From Chloroflexota bacterium (GTDB lineage Bacteria > Chloroflexota > Dehalococcoidia > UBA2979), in assembly GCA_027593235.1 (NCBI GenBank), contig JAQCIU010000008.1, forward strand, positions 47,871 to 111,870: 64,000 nt of DNA. The letters are read 5' to 3'. The position numbers and the translations under genes are program-made. The notes under the pieces are model-generated. The model worked only from the letters and a program-made list of their open reading frames with translations. It was not told where the DNA came from and did no database searches. Position 1 is the stretch's first letter. The number at the start of each line of letters is the position of its first letter. Below, in pieces: positions 9,096 to 19,856 of the stretch.

Positions 9096-10049
9096 ATGAC
9101 ACCATCACAACAACACTGGATCCCCGCGTTCGGACTGCTCGCCGCCGCTGCGCTCGGCACCGTCGCGCTCACCCTTGATCGCGGTGATCCCGCGAACCTC
9201 GCGGCCGACGCCTCCGCGCAACCGCCGGCGAGTGCCCCAATCGCGGCTGTCCATCCGATCGAGGTGCTCACCCGTCCCGCCGCGATCCGCGAAGCGGCCG
9301 CGATCGAGGCGGCGGCTCCGCGTCCCGTCGGTGTGCTCACCTACCTGGACGGGGAGGGAAGCTACGTCGCGGTGAACGCCAGCGACCTCGCGAGTCACCT
9401 CGAAGTCACCGAGCCCGCCTCGGCGATCGCTGGACCGACCAGCACCGGGGACCGCTATCCCTCGCCAGACGGCCGCTACGAAGCGATCGTCCGGCGGGTC
9501 GAACTCGGCACCTGGATCGATGTCTTCGACCGTGGCACCCCTGTCTTCTCTGATGGCATCGCCGGACCGGACGATCAGACCCTGGTCGCCGGGACGAAGG
9601 CGCTGGCCGCGGCCGTAGATGGGATCCCACTGACGATCGCCTGGTCCCCGGACTCCCGCTACCTCGCGTACGGCAGCATCACCGGCGCCCCGTACGCACT
9701 GGCCCTCGTGCGTACCGATAACTGGTCGAGCAGCTACAACCGCGTGGCGGGCGGCTACGTCGGTGAACTGGCGTGGGCTCCCGACTCCAGCCGGCTCGCG
9801 ATCTCCACGTACGAACCAGACCGCAGCAACCACACCGTGCTGATCTACAACCCGCAGCAGCCCGTTCCGCGGCGCCTCATCGATGGCTGTCGCATCGTCT
9901 GGGCGCCTGATGCGCGGTTCATCGCGGTTCATCGCGAACCCGGCGACGAGACTGGCGTCTGGATCTCCTCCCCGGACGGGAAGACGCGGATCGAAGCGAC
10001 GGCGGACCCGAACGCCTTCCCCATCTCGTGGACGGTCACAGCTTCGTAA
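9096..10049 (+). CDS. Exported TolB/PD40-like beta-propeller protein
   Basis: RBS GGGAGG before ATG 9096; repeated SPDG / WSPDS / WAPDS / WAPDA motifs. Confidence 0.75.
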   Translation: MTPSQQHWIPAFGLLAAAALGTVALTLDRGDPANLAADASAQPPASAPIAAVHPIEVLTRPAAIREAAAIEAAAPRPVGVLTYLDGEGSYVAVNASDLASHLEVTEPASAIAGPTSTGDRYPSPDGRYEAIVRRVELGTWIDVFDRGTPVFSDGIAGPDDQTLVAGTKALAAAVDGIPLTIAWSPDSRYLAYGSITGAPYALALVRTDNWSSSYNRVAGGYVGELAWAPDSSRLAISTYEPDRSNHTVLIYNPQQPVPRRLIDGCRIVWAPDARFIAVHREPGDETGVWISSPDGKTRIEATADPNAFPISWTVTAS

Positions 10050-10093
10050 CCAGGCTCCGTACCCGGTCGATCACCCAGCGCCGATCGGCCAGT

Positions 10094-10113
10094 TAGGCCC
10101 GCAATAGCGGGCT
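10094..10113 (+). terminator. Stem-loop between the propeller gene and gyrA
   Basis: aggcccgc-aata-gcgggctt. Confidence 0.45.
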
Positions 10114-10199
10114 TAACTGGTAAACTTTGGGTACTCCCCTTGAAGTGATCCGAGTCTGGGTGCGGCCGCCGATCGCAGCCGCCAACCGACGGAGTGCGC

Positions 10200-12734
10200 A
10201 TGGTTCAGGACCCGCCCGACACAACGGACACGACCGAGGTCAGCGAAGTCGTCCGCATCGAAGACGAGATGCGTGTCTCGTACCTCGATTACGCGATGTC
10301 CGTCATCGTTTCGCGCGCCCTCCCGGACGTCCGCGACGGCCTCAAGCCGGTGCAACGTCGAATCCTCTTCGGGATGCTCGAATTGGGCCTCGGACCCAAC
10401 TCCGCCTTCAAGAAGACCGCCCGTGTCACCGGCGAGGTGATGGGCAAGTTCCACCCGCACGGCGACTCCGCCATCTACGACGCCCTGGTCCGCCTGGCCC
10501 AGGACTTCACCATGCGTTACCCGCTGATCACCGGTCAGGGGAACTTCGGCTCCGTCGACGGCGACCCGCCCGCGCAGATGCGCTACACCGAGGCGAAACT
10601 CGCCCCGATCGCCACCGAGCTGCTCGTCGACATCGATCGCAACACGGTCGACTTCCAACCCAACTTCGACGACTCGCTCAGTGAGCCGATCGTCCTCCCA
10701 GCGCGCCTGCCCAACCTGCTCCTCAACGGCGGCAGCGGCATCGCCGTGGGCATGGCGACCAACATCCCGCCCCACAACCTCAACGAGATCTGCAGCGCCA
10801 TCCAGCTGATCATCCAGAAGCCGGAAGTGACGCTCGACGAACTCATGGAGATCGTGAAGGGGCCGGACTTCCCGACCGCCGGCGCGATCTTCAACCAGGC
10901 CGAGATCCGGCAGGCATACGCCACCGGACGCGGGCGCGTCACCATGCGCGCCGTGATGGCGATGGAGGAGTCGGCACAGGGCCGCACCCAGGTCATCGTC
11001 ACCGAACTGCCCTACCAGGTGAACAAGGCGAACCTGCTGGAACGCATCGCCGACCTCGTGCGCGCGAAGCGCATCGAAGGCATCTCCGATCTGCGCGATG
11101 AGTCCGACCGCCACGGCATGCGGATGGTGATCGAGCTGTCGCGCGGCGCGTCCTTCAACACCGTCCGCAACCTCCTCTACAAGCACACCGCCCTCCAGTC
11201 GACGTTCTCCGTGAACATGCTCGCGCTCGACAACGGCCAGCCGAAGACGCTGACGCTGAAAGAAGCGCTGAAGGCATTCATCGATCACCGACGTGAGGTG
11301 ATCCGTCGCCGCGCCGAGTTCGACCTCGAAAAGGCGCGCGAACGCGCTCACATCCTCGAAGGCCTGCTCAAGGCGCTCGACCTCCTCGATGAGGTGATCG
11401 CCGCGATCCGCGGGGCCGCATCCGCCGACGCCGCGAAGACCGCGCTACAGGCGACACCGTTCGAACTGAGCGAACGACAGGCGCAGGCCGTCCTCGACAT
11501 GCAGCTTCGCCGGCTCGCACAGCTCGAAAGCCAGAAGATCCAGGAAGAGTTCGACGAGCTGATGACCCTGATCGGCGAGCTCGAGGCTCTGCTCGCGAAC
11601 CCAGGGATGATCGACGACGTGATCCTCGCGGACTGCACCGAGCTCAAGGAAAAGTACGGCGACGCCCGCCGCACTCAGGTCTTCGCTGCCGCCGTCGAGG
11701 ACTTCTCTGAGGAAGACCTCGTTCCGCATCAGCAGATCGCCGTCACCATCTCCGACCGCGGCTACATGAAGCGCGTCCCGCTGGAGACCTACCGTGTGCA
11801 GCGTCGCGGCGGGCGTGGCGTGACCGGCATGACCACCCGCGAGGAAGACGTTGTTGCGCACCTGATCGTGTGTGACACACACGATTCGCTACTGATGTTC
11901 ACCCGCAACGGCAAGGTGTTCTCGCTCAAGGGCTTCGAGGTCCCGGAGGGCTCGCGCCAGGCGCGCGGCCTCCCCGTCGTGAACCTGATCGAGATGGACG
12001 CCGAGGATGCCGTCACTGCGGTGGTGGTCGTCCAGGACTTCAAGCGTGACTCACTCGTCCTCGCGACCGAGCAGGGCGAGGTGAAGCGCACCCCGCTCGT
12101 TCAGTTCGCCGCGGTGCGCCGTGCCGGCCTGATCGCGATGAACCTCAAACCGGACGACTCGCTGCTCACCGCGCGCGCGGCCAGCGAAGCCGATGACGTC
12201 ATCCTGGTGTCCTCCGACGGGCAGGCGATGCGCTTCAACGTCGGCACACTGCGGGTCGCCTCACGCGCATCGGGTGGTGTCCGTGGCATGCGGCTACGCA
12301 CCGGCGCGATGCTGATCGCCCTCGTCGTCGATGTGGACGGCGACGATCTGCTCGTGGTCACCGAGCGAGGCATGGGCAAGCGCACGCCGATCGAGGAGTA
12401 CCCAAGCAAGGGCCGTGGCGGTCAGGGTGTGCTCACGTTCCGTGTCAGCGACCGCACCGGACCGATCGCGGTCGCCGCGGTGGTTGCCGCGGACGAGGAG
12501 CTGATGCTGGTCTCCAGCGACGGCATCGTCATGCGCACGCGTGCCGACACCATCAGCCAGCAGGGCCGCTCCACGCGCGGCGTTCAGGTGATGAACATCG
12601 CCGGCGACGATAGCGTCGCCTCACTCGCCCGCATCGACCTCGGTGCTGGAACCAGCGGCAGCGGCAGCGGAGGCGGTTCGACCGCAGGCGACATCGATGA
12701 TGACGATGATGCAGCGGAGGACGAGCGCGAGTAA
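10200..12734 (+). CDS. gyrA: DNA gyrase subunit A
   Basis: [44 protein letters not shown] catalytic Tyr, GyrA-box QRRGGRG, acidic tail. Confidence 0.98.
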   Translation: MVQDPPDTTDTTEVSEVVRIEDEMRVSYLDYAMSVIVSRALPDVRDGLKPVQRRILFGMLELGLGPNSAFKKTARVTGEVMGKFHPHGDSAIYDALVRLAQDFTMRYPLITGQGNFGSVDGDPPAQMRYTEAKLAPIATELLVDIDRNTVDFQPNFDDSLSEPIVLPARLPNLLLNGGSGIAVGMATNIPPHNLNEICSAIQLIIQKPEVTLDELMEIVKGPDFPTAGAIFNQAEIRQAYATGRGRVTMRAVMAMEESAQGRTQVIVTELPYQVNKANLLERIADLVRAKRIEGISDLRDESDRHGMRMVIELSRGASFNTVRNLLYKHTALQSTFSVNMLALDNGQPKTLTLKEALKAFIDHRREVIRRRAEFDLEKARERAHILEGLLKALDLLDEVIAAIRGAASADAAKTALQATPFELSERQAQAVLDMQLRRLAQLESQKIQEEFDELMTLIGELEALLANPGMIDDVILADCTELKEKYGDARRTQVFAAAVEDFSEEDLVPHQQIAVTISDRGYMKRVPLETYRVQRRGGRGVTGMTTREEDVVAHLIVCDTHDSLLMFTRNGKVFSLKGFEVPEGSRQARGLPVVNLIEMDAEDAVTAVVVVQDFKRDSLVLATEQGEVKRTPLVQFAAVRRAGLIAMNLKPDDSLLTARAASEADDVILVSSDGQAMRFNVGTLRVASRASGGVRGMRLRTGAMLIALVVDVDGDDLLVVTERGMGKRTPIEEYPSKGRGGQGVLTFRVSDRTGPIAVAAVVAADEELMLVSSDGIVMRTRADTISQQGRSTRGVQVMNIAGDDSVASLARIDLGAGTSGSGSGGGSTAGDIDDDDDAAEDERE

Positions 12735-12781
12735 TCGCCCTCGCCTCCAGCGGCCCCTTCCGAGATCCCTAGAATCGATCG

Positions 12782-13834
12782 ATGACCGAAGCTCCACACG
12801 ACCGCGCGTCCAGCACGCCGCCCGAACAGGCCGCCGAAACGCCCGGTGAGTTCGCGCTGATCGCGAGGATCCTCGATCGCCTCGGCGACGCCGCCGCGAC
12901 CGACATCCTCGTCCCGCCCGGCGACGACGCCGCCGTCTGGCTTGCCGCCAACGGAGCGGTCGTCGCGACGATCGACGCCCTGACCGAGGGCAACCACTGG
13001 CGTGCCGACACCATGTCGTTCGAGGACGTCGGGTGGCGCACCGTCGCCGCTAACGTCTCGGACCTCGCGGCGATGGGCGCGCAGCCCGGCTACCTCCTCG
13101 TCGCCGCGTGCCTCGGCCCGACGATCACGCCCGCCGACCTCGATGCCTTCATCGACGGCATGGCCGCCGCGTGCCGCGCGCACGGTGTGCGTGTCGCCGG
13201 CGGCGACATCGTCCGAGGCCAGGCGACCATGTTCACGGTCGCCGCCTACGGGAGCGTCGCCCTCGAGGATGGCAAAGCTCGCACGCTGCGCCGGGGCGCC
13301 GCTCGCCTCGGCGACCTCGTCGCGGTCTCGGGCCATCCCGGCGCCTCCGCCGCCGGCCTCGCCGTGATCGAACGTGGCGACGCGAATCGACCCGAGGCGC
13401 AACCACTCGTCGAGGCACATCGACGGCCGCACGCCCGCACCGCGATCGGGCTCGACGCACTGGCGGCTCGGATCTCCTGCGCCATCGACGTCTCGGACGG
13501 ACTCCTCCAGGACCTCGATCACATCGCCGAGCAATCGGCACTCGGCATCGAGATCGACTGCGCGGCGATCCCGCTGCACCCCGCGGCGGTGGCGTTGCTC
13601 GGGGAACACGAGGCGCTCGATCTCGCGCTCGGCGGCGGCGAGGACTTCGAGCTGATCGTGGTCGGCCCGGACTCGGCGCTCGACGCCCTCGGCGATCGCG
13701 TGACGGTGATCGGGCGCGTCGTGCCCGCGCACCCGGGTGAGACCGTCGCCCTCGATAAACACGGGACACCGCTGGTGCCCCGCCGGCGCGGCTGGGACCA
13801 GCTCGCCGTCCACGACGGCGGGAGCACATCGTGA
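12782..13834 (+). CDS. thiL: Thiamine-monophosphate kinase
   Basis: EFALI, GDDAA, NVSDLAAMG, GGD, IDVSDGL, GGEDFEL. Confidence 0.95.
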   Translation: MTEAPHDRASSTPPEQAAETPGEFALIARILDRLGDAAATDILVPPGDDAAVWLAANGAVVATIDALTEGNHWRADTMSFEDVGWRTVAANVSDLAAMGAQPGYLLVAACLGPTITPADLDAFIDGMAAACRAHGVRVAGGDIVRGQATMFTVAAYGSVALEDGKARTLRRGAARLGDLVAVSGHPGASAAGLAVIERGDANRPEAQPLVEAHRRPHARTAIGLDALAARISCAIDVSDGLLQDLDHIAEQSALGIEIDCAAIPLHPAAVALLGEHEALDLALGGGEDFELIVVGPDSALDALGDRVTVIGRVVPAHPGETVALDKHGTPLVPRRRGWDQLAVHDGGSTS

Positions 13835-14319
13835 GCACCGCCAACCGCGTGATCTTCGAGAGCACCAGCGCCGCGCGGACGCGCAGCTTCGGCAAGAAGC
13901 TCGCCCGCCTGCTCCGTTCGGGCGACGTGGTGCTGCTCCAGGGACCGCTTGGTGCTGGGAAGACCGCACTCACCCAGGGCATCGGCGCCGGGCTCGGCCT
14001 CGAGTCGGCGGTCACCAGCCCCACCTTCATCCTGATGGCCGCGCACCCCACCGCGGGGGATCGCCCTTCGCTCTACCACGCGGATCTCTACCGCCTCACC
14101 GATCCCGCTGAGGTCGCCGACCTCCGCCTGGACGAGCAGGCCACGGATGGCGTGCTCGTCGTCGAGTGGCCGCAGCGTGCGTTCGACGAGCTGCCGCCAG
14201 AGCACCTGTTGATCGTGATCGAGACCGACCCGGCGCACTCGAATACCCGGAAGCTCACCTGCGTCGCCTCGGGCGCTCGCTACCAGCAGCTCCTGGACGG
14301 ACTGCAGGCGCGTCGATGA
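13831..14319 (+). CDS. tsaE: t6A biosynthesis ATPase TsaE
   Basis: GPLGAGKT, SPTF, HADLYRL, VEW. Confidence 0.96.
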   Translation: MSTANRVIFESTSAARTRSFGKKLARLLRSGDVVLLQGPLGAGKTALTQGIGAGLGLESAVTSPTFILMAAHPTAGDRPSLYHADLYRLTDPAEVADLRLDEQATDGVLVVEWPQRAFDELPPEHLLIVIETDPAHSNTRKLTCVASGARYQQLLDGLQARR

Positions 14320-15041
14320 GCACCACCCCGCGGACCACCCCGCGGCTCGTGCTGGCGATCGACACCGCCTCCGCCGCCGCCTCCGTGGCACTGGGCGACG
14401 GCGACACGCTCCGCGCAGAACGCCGCTGGACGATCGAGACGACGATCTCCCAGGAACTACTCGCGGCGGTGGCCGCACTGCTCAGCGAGGCCGGCGTGCA
14501 CCGCGCCGCCATCGAGGCGCTTGCCGTCTGCGTCGGCCCCGGCGGCTACGGCGGCCTGCGCGCCGGCGTGGCTACCGCGCAGGGCATGGCGCTCGCCCTC
14601 GGTGTACCGCTCGCGGCGGTGTCACGCCTCGAGGCCGACGCGGCGCCGTACCTGGCCGCGGCGCCACCCGGTCGGGCAGTCGTCGCGGTGCACGATGCCG
14701 GCCGCTCCGGACTCGCCTGGGCGGCCTACGCCCGCCCGGCCCCCGGAGCACCGGAGGTCGCGCTGATGGGGCCGACGATGACCAGCGCGGTCGAGTGCGC
14801 ACAGACAGCACCAGCCGGCGCCATCTGGTGCGGCGAACTCAGCGACACGCTCGCCGAGGCACGTAGCGCAGCCCAACGGGAGGGCGATTCGATCGCAGCA
14901 CCCAGCTCCGCATCACGAGCGGCCGCCGTCCTCGAACTCGCGCGCAAGCGCGCTAGCTACGATGATCCGGGTCTGGCGGACGTCATCTACCTCCGCCCGC
15001 CCTCAATCACGCGACCGAACACGCCGCCGGCGCAGCGCTAG
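14316..15041 (+). CDS. tsaB: t6A biosynthesis protein TsaB
   Basis: VLAIDTA, GPGGYGGLRAG, YLR; ATGA overlap with tsaE. Confidence 0.92.
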   Translation: MSTTPRTTPRLVLAIDTASAAASVALGDGDTLRAERRWTIETTISQELLAAVAALLSEAGVHRAAIEALAVCVGPGGYGGLRAGVATAQGMALALGVPLAAVSRLEADAAPYLAAAPPGRAVVAVHDAGRSGLAWAAYARPAPGAPEVALMGPTMTSAVECAQTAPAGAIWCGELSDTLAEARSAAQREGDSIAAPSSASRAAAVLELARKRASYDDPGLADVIYLRPPSITRPNTPPAQR

Positions 15042-15070
15042 AGCGCCGTCACCGCACAAAAGGATTCCCC

Positions 15071-15520
15071 GTGGAACGCACTCTCATCCTCGTCAAGCCG
15101 GACGCCATGCAGCGCGGCCTCGCGTTCGAAGTCCTCGGCCGCCTCGAGCGCCGTGGCCTCAAGCTCGCCGGCCTCCGCCTGCTCCAGGTCGACGAGGCGA
15201 TGGCGAAGCGCCACTACGGCGAGCACGAGGGGAAGCCCTTCTTCAACGGCCTCGTCGCCTACATCACTGCCTGCCCGATCGTCGCCGCGGTTTTCGAGGG
15301 CACCAACGCCGTCGCCGCCGCGCGACAGACGATGGGCTCGACCAAGCCCACCGAGGCCGCCCCCGGCACCGTCCGCGGCGACCTCGGCATCGAGATCGGT
15401 CGCAACCTCGTCCACGGCTCCGACAGCCCGGAAAGCGCCGAGCGCGAGATCGGCATCTTCTTCGAGGGCCAGACCGTCACCACCTGGGACCGCGCGACCG
15501 ATCCCTGGGTGTTCGAGTAG
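15071..15520 (+). CDS. ndk: Nucleoside diphosphate kinase
   Basis: ERTLILVKPDA, PGTVRGD, NLVHGSDS. Confidence 0.97.
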   Translation: MERTLILVKPDAMQRGLAFEVLGRLERRGLKLAGLRLLQVDEAMAKRHYGEHEGKPFFNGLVAYITACPIVAAVFEGTNAVAAARQTMGSTKPTEAAPGTVRGDLGIEIGRNLVHGSDSPESAEREIGIFFEGQTVTTWDRATDPWVFE

Positions 15521-15635
15521 CCCAGGCTCGCCCGCCCGCCGGTCCAGTTGCCGTGTCGCCTGCATCGCGGATCCGACAACCAGGCAACCCGGCGCGGTCT
15601 CAGCTCGCCCCCGCCGCACCGACCAAACGACCGCA

Positions 15636-16289
15636 GTGACCGCCCTCCAAGATGTCCAACGATTCTGGTCGGCACGGGCGGCCCAGTTCGACGACGAACC
15701 GGATCACGGCCTGGCCGCTCCGTATGTCCGAGACGCGTGGCGCGACCTCCTGCGTCAAGCGCTCCCCGGTGCGCAGCGGCGAGTCTTGGACCTCGGTTGC
15801 GGCACCGGCTCGCTCAGCCTCCTGATCGCCGAAGCCGGACATCGGGTCACGGGAATCGACCTCTCGCGACAGATGGTGCAGCTCGCCGATCAGAAGCTCG
15901 TCGCGAGCGGGCAGCGGGCGAACTTCATCGTCGGCGATGCAGCGGACCCGCCGTTCGCGCCAGGCACGTTCGACGTGGTCTTGTGCCGCCATCTGCTCTG
16001 GACGCTGCCGGACCCGCAGGCCGCGCTAGCGAGGTGGCAGCGGGTCCTCCGCCCCTCGGGGACGCTCGTCGCCATCGAGGGCCGTTGGGCCGCGCCGGAC
16101 GCCCCGCGGCACGCGGAGCTGCCCTGGGACGGAGGAGTGTCCGCGAACGTCCTGTTGGTAGTCCTCGAGCCGCTCTTCCATCACGTCCAGCAGCTCCCGC
16201 TCTCAGCGCGGGATGACCTGTGGGGCAAACGAGTGACGGATGAGCGGTACGCGGTGATCGCGACGCGACCACGCTCGATCGGCTACTGA
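15636..16289 (+). CDS. Class I SAM-dependent methyltransferase
   Basis: VLDLGCGTG, FDVVLCRHLLW, LRPSG; GTG start inferred. Confidence 0.9.
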   Translation: MTALQDVQRFWSARAAQFDDEPDHGLAAPYVRDAWRDLLRQALPGAQRRVLDLGCGTGSLSLLIAEAGHRVTGIDLSRQMVQLADQKLVASGQRANFIVGDAADPPFAPGTFDVVLCRHLLWTLPDPQAALARWQRVLRPSGTLVAIEGRWAAPDAPRHAELPWDGGVSANVLLVVLEPLFHHVQQLPLSARDDLWGKRVTDERYAVIATRPRSIGY

Positions 16290-16672
16290 ACCCGAACCAC
16301 TTCCTGCGCCTTGTTCCACAACCCTTCCAGGTCGTAGCGCAGTCGCGCTTCCGGTGAGAACAAGTGCACCAGGATCCCGGTACCGGTATCTAGCAGCACC
16401 CAGCCACTCTCCGGGCTGCCTTCCGGGCGAACACGCGCGTCGACGCGATCACGTATCCCGGCCTCGACTCCCTCGATCGCGGCGCGTGCCTGTCGGATGT
16501 TGTCGATCGTCCCGATCACGAAGAAATCCGCGAACGCGGCGAGCGGTGTGAGGTCGAGCAGCACGATGTCGGCGACCTGGCGATCGGCAAGCCAATCGAC
16601 CACCTCGTGAGCGAGGTCCACGTCGGGGCGCAGCGGGTCGACCACGGTCGAAGATTCGGACTCTACGGGCAT
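16283..16672 (-). CDS. rsfS: Ribosome silencing factor RsfS (Iojap)
   Basis: DIVLLDL, FADFFVIGT, WVLLD, VHLF, RYDLEGLW. Confidence 0.92.
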   Translation of the reverse strand: MPVESESSTVVDPLRPDVDLAHEVVDWLADRQVADIVLLDLTPLAAFADFFVIGTIDNIRQARAAIEGVEAGIRDRVDARVRPEGSPESGWVLLDTGTGILVHLFSPEARLRYDLEGLWNKAQEVVRVQ

Positions 16673-16735
16673 CTGCGCGCGACCTCAGTCGGATTCAGCT
16701 GCGGCCGGCTGGTGCCAGCCGCAGCTCTCAGACTA

Positions 16736-17368
16736 CTAGCTACAGGTCGATTCGATCGCGGAAGTGGCAGTGCTGCCGTCCCCGAAGTCGATTTGCACCG
16801 TCGAGGTCAGCGAAGTGCCATCGAACGCAAAGTCCTCAAGCGTGGCCTTCGAGGCGGCGTTGTTGAACGCCGGAGGTGCCTCGAACACCGCATCCTTGGC
16901 CGCGCCGCTTGAATCAAAGGTCAGCTTCGCATTGCCCAGGAAGTCGGCAGCGGCGTCGACAACAACGTTGTCTCCGTCGAGTGCCAGCGGCAGTTCAACC
17001 GTTCCACCCGCCACGCCAAAGACATTCCCGCCGAGGGTGATCGTCACGGTGCCGGAGTCGCCCGCGTCATTTGCCGCGAATGCAGCATCGAAAGAGCCCG
17101 TGGACCCGAACGTCAGGTTCGTCCAGCCGCCGGTGCAGCTCACGCCGTTCACAGCGGCGAGCACGCCCTGCTCTTCCATCGGCTCCTCGGTCGCGGTCGC
17201 ACTCGCGTCGTCCATCGGCTCTTCAGTCGCCGTTGCGCTCGCGTCGCCGGATGCCGCGGCCGTGGCCGTCGGCTCATCGCCACCATCGCTATCGTCGTCA
17301 CCGCCGCAGGCGGCGCCAAGCAGCAATACCGCCGGCACCAGGCCAACGAGTAGGAGTCGTTTCATCAT
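16736..17368 (-). CDS. Lipoprotein with acidic/Thr-rich tandem linker
   Basis: Lipobox AAC-GGDDD; [11 protein letters not shown] twice; Cys pair bracketing a beta domain. Confidence 0.75.
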   Translation of the reverse strand: MMKRLLLVGLVPAVLLLGAACGGDDDSDGGDEPTATAAASGDASATATEEPMDDASATATEEPMEEQGVLAAVNGVSCTGGWTNLTFGSTGSFDAAFAANDAGDSGTVTITLGGNVFGVAGGTVELPLALDGDNVVVDAAADFLGNAKLTFDSSGAAKDAVFEAPPAFNNAASKATLEDFAFDGTSLTSTVQIDFGDGSTATSAIESTCS

Positions 17369-17480
17369 CTCGAGTTCCCTCTCACTCCAAAACCTCACCA
17401 AATCACCCAGGGGGCTACCAGCTTCACGCGGTCAAGAACAGGGTGAGGAGCCTGATGGGGAGCGCCCGTACACTGGATCG

Positions 17481-18557
17481 ATGAGTGAACGCGTGCTGGT
17501 TGCCATGTCCGGTGGCGTCGATTCCGCCGTTGCCGCCGCCCTCCTGGTGGAACAGGGGTACGACGTCATTGGCGTCACGATGCGCCTGTACACCGAACCG
17601 GACGAAACGGTCCTGCGATCACAGCGCACCTGCTGTGGCATCGAGGACGTCGCCGACGCTCGCACAGCGGCCCAGGTACTGGGTATCCCGCACTACGTGC
17701 TCAACATGGAGCGCGAGTTCCAGCACTCGGTCGTCGAACCCTTCGTCAACGCCTACGCGAACGGTCGAACGCCGAATCCCTGCCTCAACTGCAACCAGTA
17801 CGTGAAGTTCGCCACCCTCCTCGACCGGGCGATCGCGATGGGCGTTGACCGGCTCGCCACGGGCCACTACGCCCGCATCGAGGAGCGCGATGGGAGCTGG
17901 CGGCTCCATCAGGCGCTCGACCCCGCCAAGGACCAGTCGTACGTGCTCTACACGCTCGACCAGGCGGCGCTCTCGCGCACGCTCTTCCCGCTGGCCGACC
18001 TCGAAAAGGCCGATACCCGCCAGGTGGCCCGCGATCACGGCCTCCCGCTCGCCGAGAAGCCCGACAGCGTCGATATCTGCTTCGTCCCGGGCGGCGACTA
18101 CCGCGCCGTCCTGCGCGAGCATGGCCTGATCACCCCCGCCGGCGATATCCAGGACGCGAGCGGCTCGGTCGTCGGTCGCCACGATGGCATCTCGAACTAC
18201 ACCGTCGGCCAGCGCCGCGGTCTGGGCGTCACAGCCGAGCAGCCGCGCTACGTCACCAACATCGATACCGCCCGCAACATCGTCGTGATCGGCAGCGACG
18301 CCGACCTCGAGACGACCGAGGTCACGGCGAGCGCCCCGCACTGGGTCGGCGCACCGCCGGCACTCGGCGAGGCGCTCGCCGCACGGATCCGCTATCACGG
18401 CGCCGATGCGCCGGGGCGGGTCACCGCGCTGTCCTCGGACGGGTTCACGTTCACCGCGGACACGCCGGTCCGCGCGGCCGCGCCAGGACAGGCCGCCGTC
18501 CTCTATCGTGGCTCGGAGGTGGTCGGAGGCGGCACCATCGAGCGGACTCCCTCGTAA
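17481..18557 (+). CDS. mnmA: tRNA 2-thiouridylase MnmA
   Basis: [44 protein letters not shown]. Confidence 0.97.
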   Translation: MSERVLVAMSGGVDSAVAAALLVEQGYDVIGVTMRLYTEPDETVLRSQRTCCGIEDVADARTAAQVLGIPHYVLNMEREFQHSVVEPFVNAYANGRTPNPCLNCNQYVKFATLLDRAIAMGVDRLATGHYARIEERDGSWRLHQALDPAKDQSYVLYTLDQAALSRTLFPLADLEKADTRQVARDHGLPLAEKPDSVDICFVPGGDYRAVLREHGLITPAGDIQDASGSVVGRHDGISNYTVGQRRGLGVTAEQPRYVTNIDTARNIVVIGSDADLETTEVTASAPHWVGAPPALGEALAARIRYHGADAPGRVTALSSDGFTFTADTPVRAAAPGQAAVLYRGSEVVGGGTIERTPS

Positions 18558-18676
18558 GCAAACGACCAGCCTCGGGTGCCCGCATGGGTGTTCGAGGATT
18601 GTCACTGATCCAGCGCCGCGCGTAACATGACCTGTCGGCGTTGAGCGCGCGACGGTGAGGGGCATTGGGCCAAGTC

Positions 18677-19027
18677 ATGCAAAACGCGCTAATCCTCGGC
18701 CTTTCCTGGCCCAGCCTCGAAACCTTTCGCGACTGGGTGATCGTGGTCTACGGACTGATGGGCATCATCGCCTTCTTCCTGGTGATCGTGATCCTGCTGC
18801 TGATGATCTGGATGCTCCGCGGCGTGCGTGGGTCGGTCCGCTCGCTGATCGAGGATCCGATCCGCCCGACGCTTGACGAGGTCCGCAAGACAGCTCAGAA
18901 CATCCGCGGCACCAGCGAGTTCGTCGCTGACAGCGCCATTCACCCGGTGATCCGAACGGTTTCCGCCGTCCGCGGCATCCGTCGCGGCATTGCCTCGATC
19001 GCTGGCATTCGCCCGCGTCGGCGTTAG
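18677..19027 (+). CDS. Membrane protein, DUF948/YtxG-like
   Basis: Long TM helix followed by amphipathic coiled coil. Confidence 0.6.
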   Translation: MQNALILGLSWPSLETFRDWVIVVYGLMGIIAFFLVIVILLLMIWMLRGVRGSVRSLIEDPIRPTLDEVRKTAQNIRGTSEFVADSAIHPVIRTVSAVRGIRRGIASIAGIRPRRR

Positions 19028-19039
19028 GCGGCGCGGACG

Positions 19040-19375
19040 ATGCTTCGCCGCCTGGTCTCCGCACCAATCACCGTGGTCCTGCTCCCCGTTCGCCTTGGGC
19101 GCGGACTGTCGTCAATGCGATTCAGTACCGTCCTCGCGATCGGCACCGGCGCGGCTGCGGCGTTCACCGCCGCTCGCCGGCTGATGGACCGCGACGACGC
19201 TGCGGAAGAATTGCCTGCAGCGCTTCAGCAGCCGGCCGTGAAGGCCCAGACCTCACTGCGACAGTGGCGCGGCCGCCTCAGCGACGCGATGGACGAGGCC
19301 AGCGAAGAGACCGCCACCGCAGCCGAGGAGCTCCGCCAGGAGTACCTCCGCAAGACCGGTCGCCTCCAGGACTAG
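19040..19375 (+). CDS. Small membrane/coiled-coil protein (YtxH-like)
   Basis: Hydrophobic stretch plus helical C-terminus; co-oriented with the previous gene. Confidence 0.5.
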   Translation: MLRRLVSAPITVVLLPVRLGRGLSSMRFSTVLAIGTGAAAAFTAARRLMDRDDAAEELPAALQQPAVKAQTSLRQWRGRLSDAMDEASEETATAAEELRQEYLRKTGRLQD

Positions 19376-19432
19376 CACCGCTTGGCGCCGCCCCCGATTG
19401 AGCCTCCGCGTACCGCACCTATACTGGCTCGT

Positions 19433-19518
19433 GGAGAGGTGGCCGAGCGGTTGAAGGCGCCTGTCTCGAAAACAGGTAGACGAGAGTCTCGCGGGTTCGA
19501 ATCCCGCCCTCTCCGCCA
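19433..19518 (+). tRNA. tRNA-Ser (anticodon CGA)
   Basis: GGAGAGG acceptor, CT-CGA-AA loop, long variable arm, GTTCGAATC, GCCA end. Confidence 0.97.
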
Positions 19519-19565
19519 CATGACCTACTCCAATCAGTGACCCAGCGGAAAAACAACCCCCTCGC

Positions 19566-19657
19566 GGAGAGGTGCTGGAGTGGCTGAACAGGCTCGCCTG
19601 GAAAGCGGGTAGAGGGGGCAACTCCTCTCGTGGGTTCGAATCCCACCCTCTCCGCCA
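19566..19657 (+). tRNA. tRNA-Ser (anticodon GGA)
   Basis: GGAGAGG acceptor, CT-GGA-AA loop, long variable arm, GCCA end. Confidence 0.97.
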
Positions 19658-19856
19658 TACCAACGCCCTGCGGCGCCCGTACGCGGGAGCCAGTGTGGGC
19701 TCCGGCCGACCGCAGGCAGCGATGCGCTCATGGTCTGAGCGACCGCTTACGTCCGGCTGCGAGAGTGAATCGGTGTCAGGGACTCACCGCCGGTTCCAGG
19801 CAATCCCCCGCTCGCCTCCGGATACGCTGGAACGGGCGAGACGGAGGGAGCGGCGC

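Noticed and set aside
10200-12734. parC, or a quinolone-resistant gyrA allele
   Set aside because: GyrA-box is present, and the QRDR reads GDSAIYD (Ser/Asp wild-type equivalents).
4847-19657. tRNA-anchored prophage or genomic island
   Set aside because: No integrase, phage genes or duplicated tRNA 3' ends noticed; flanking genes are mostly housekeeping.
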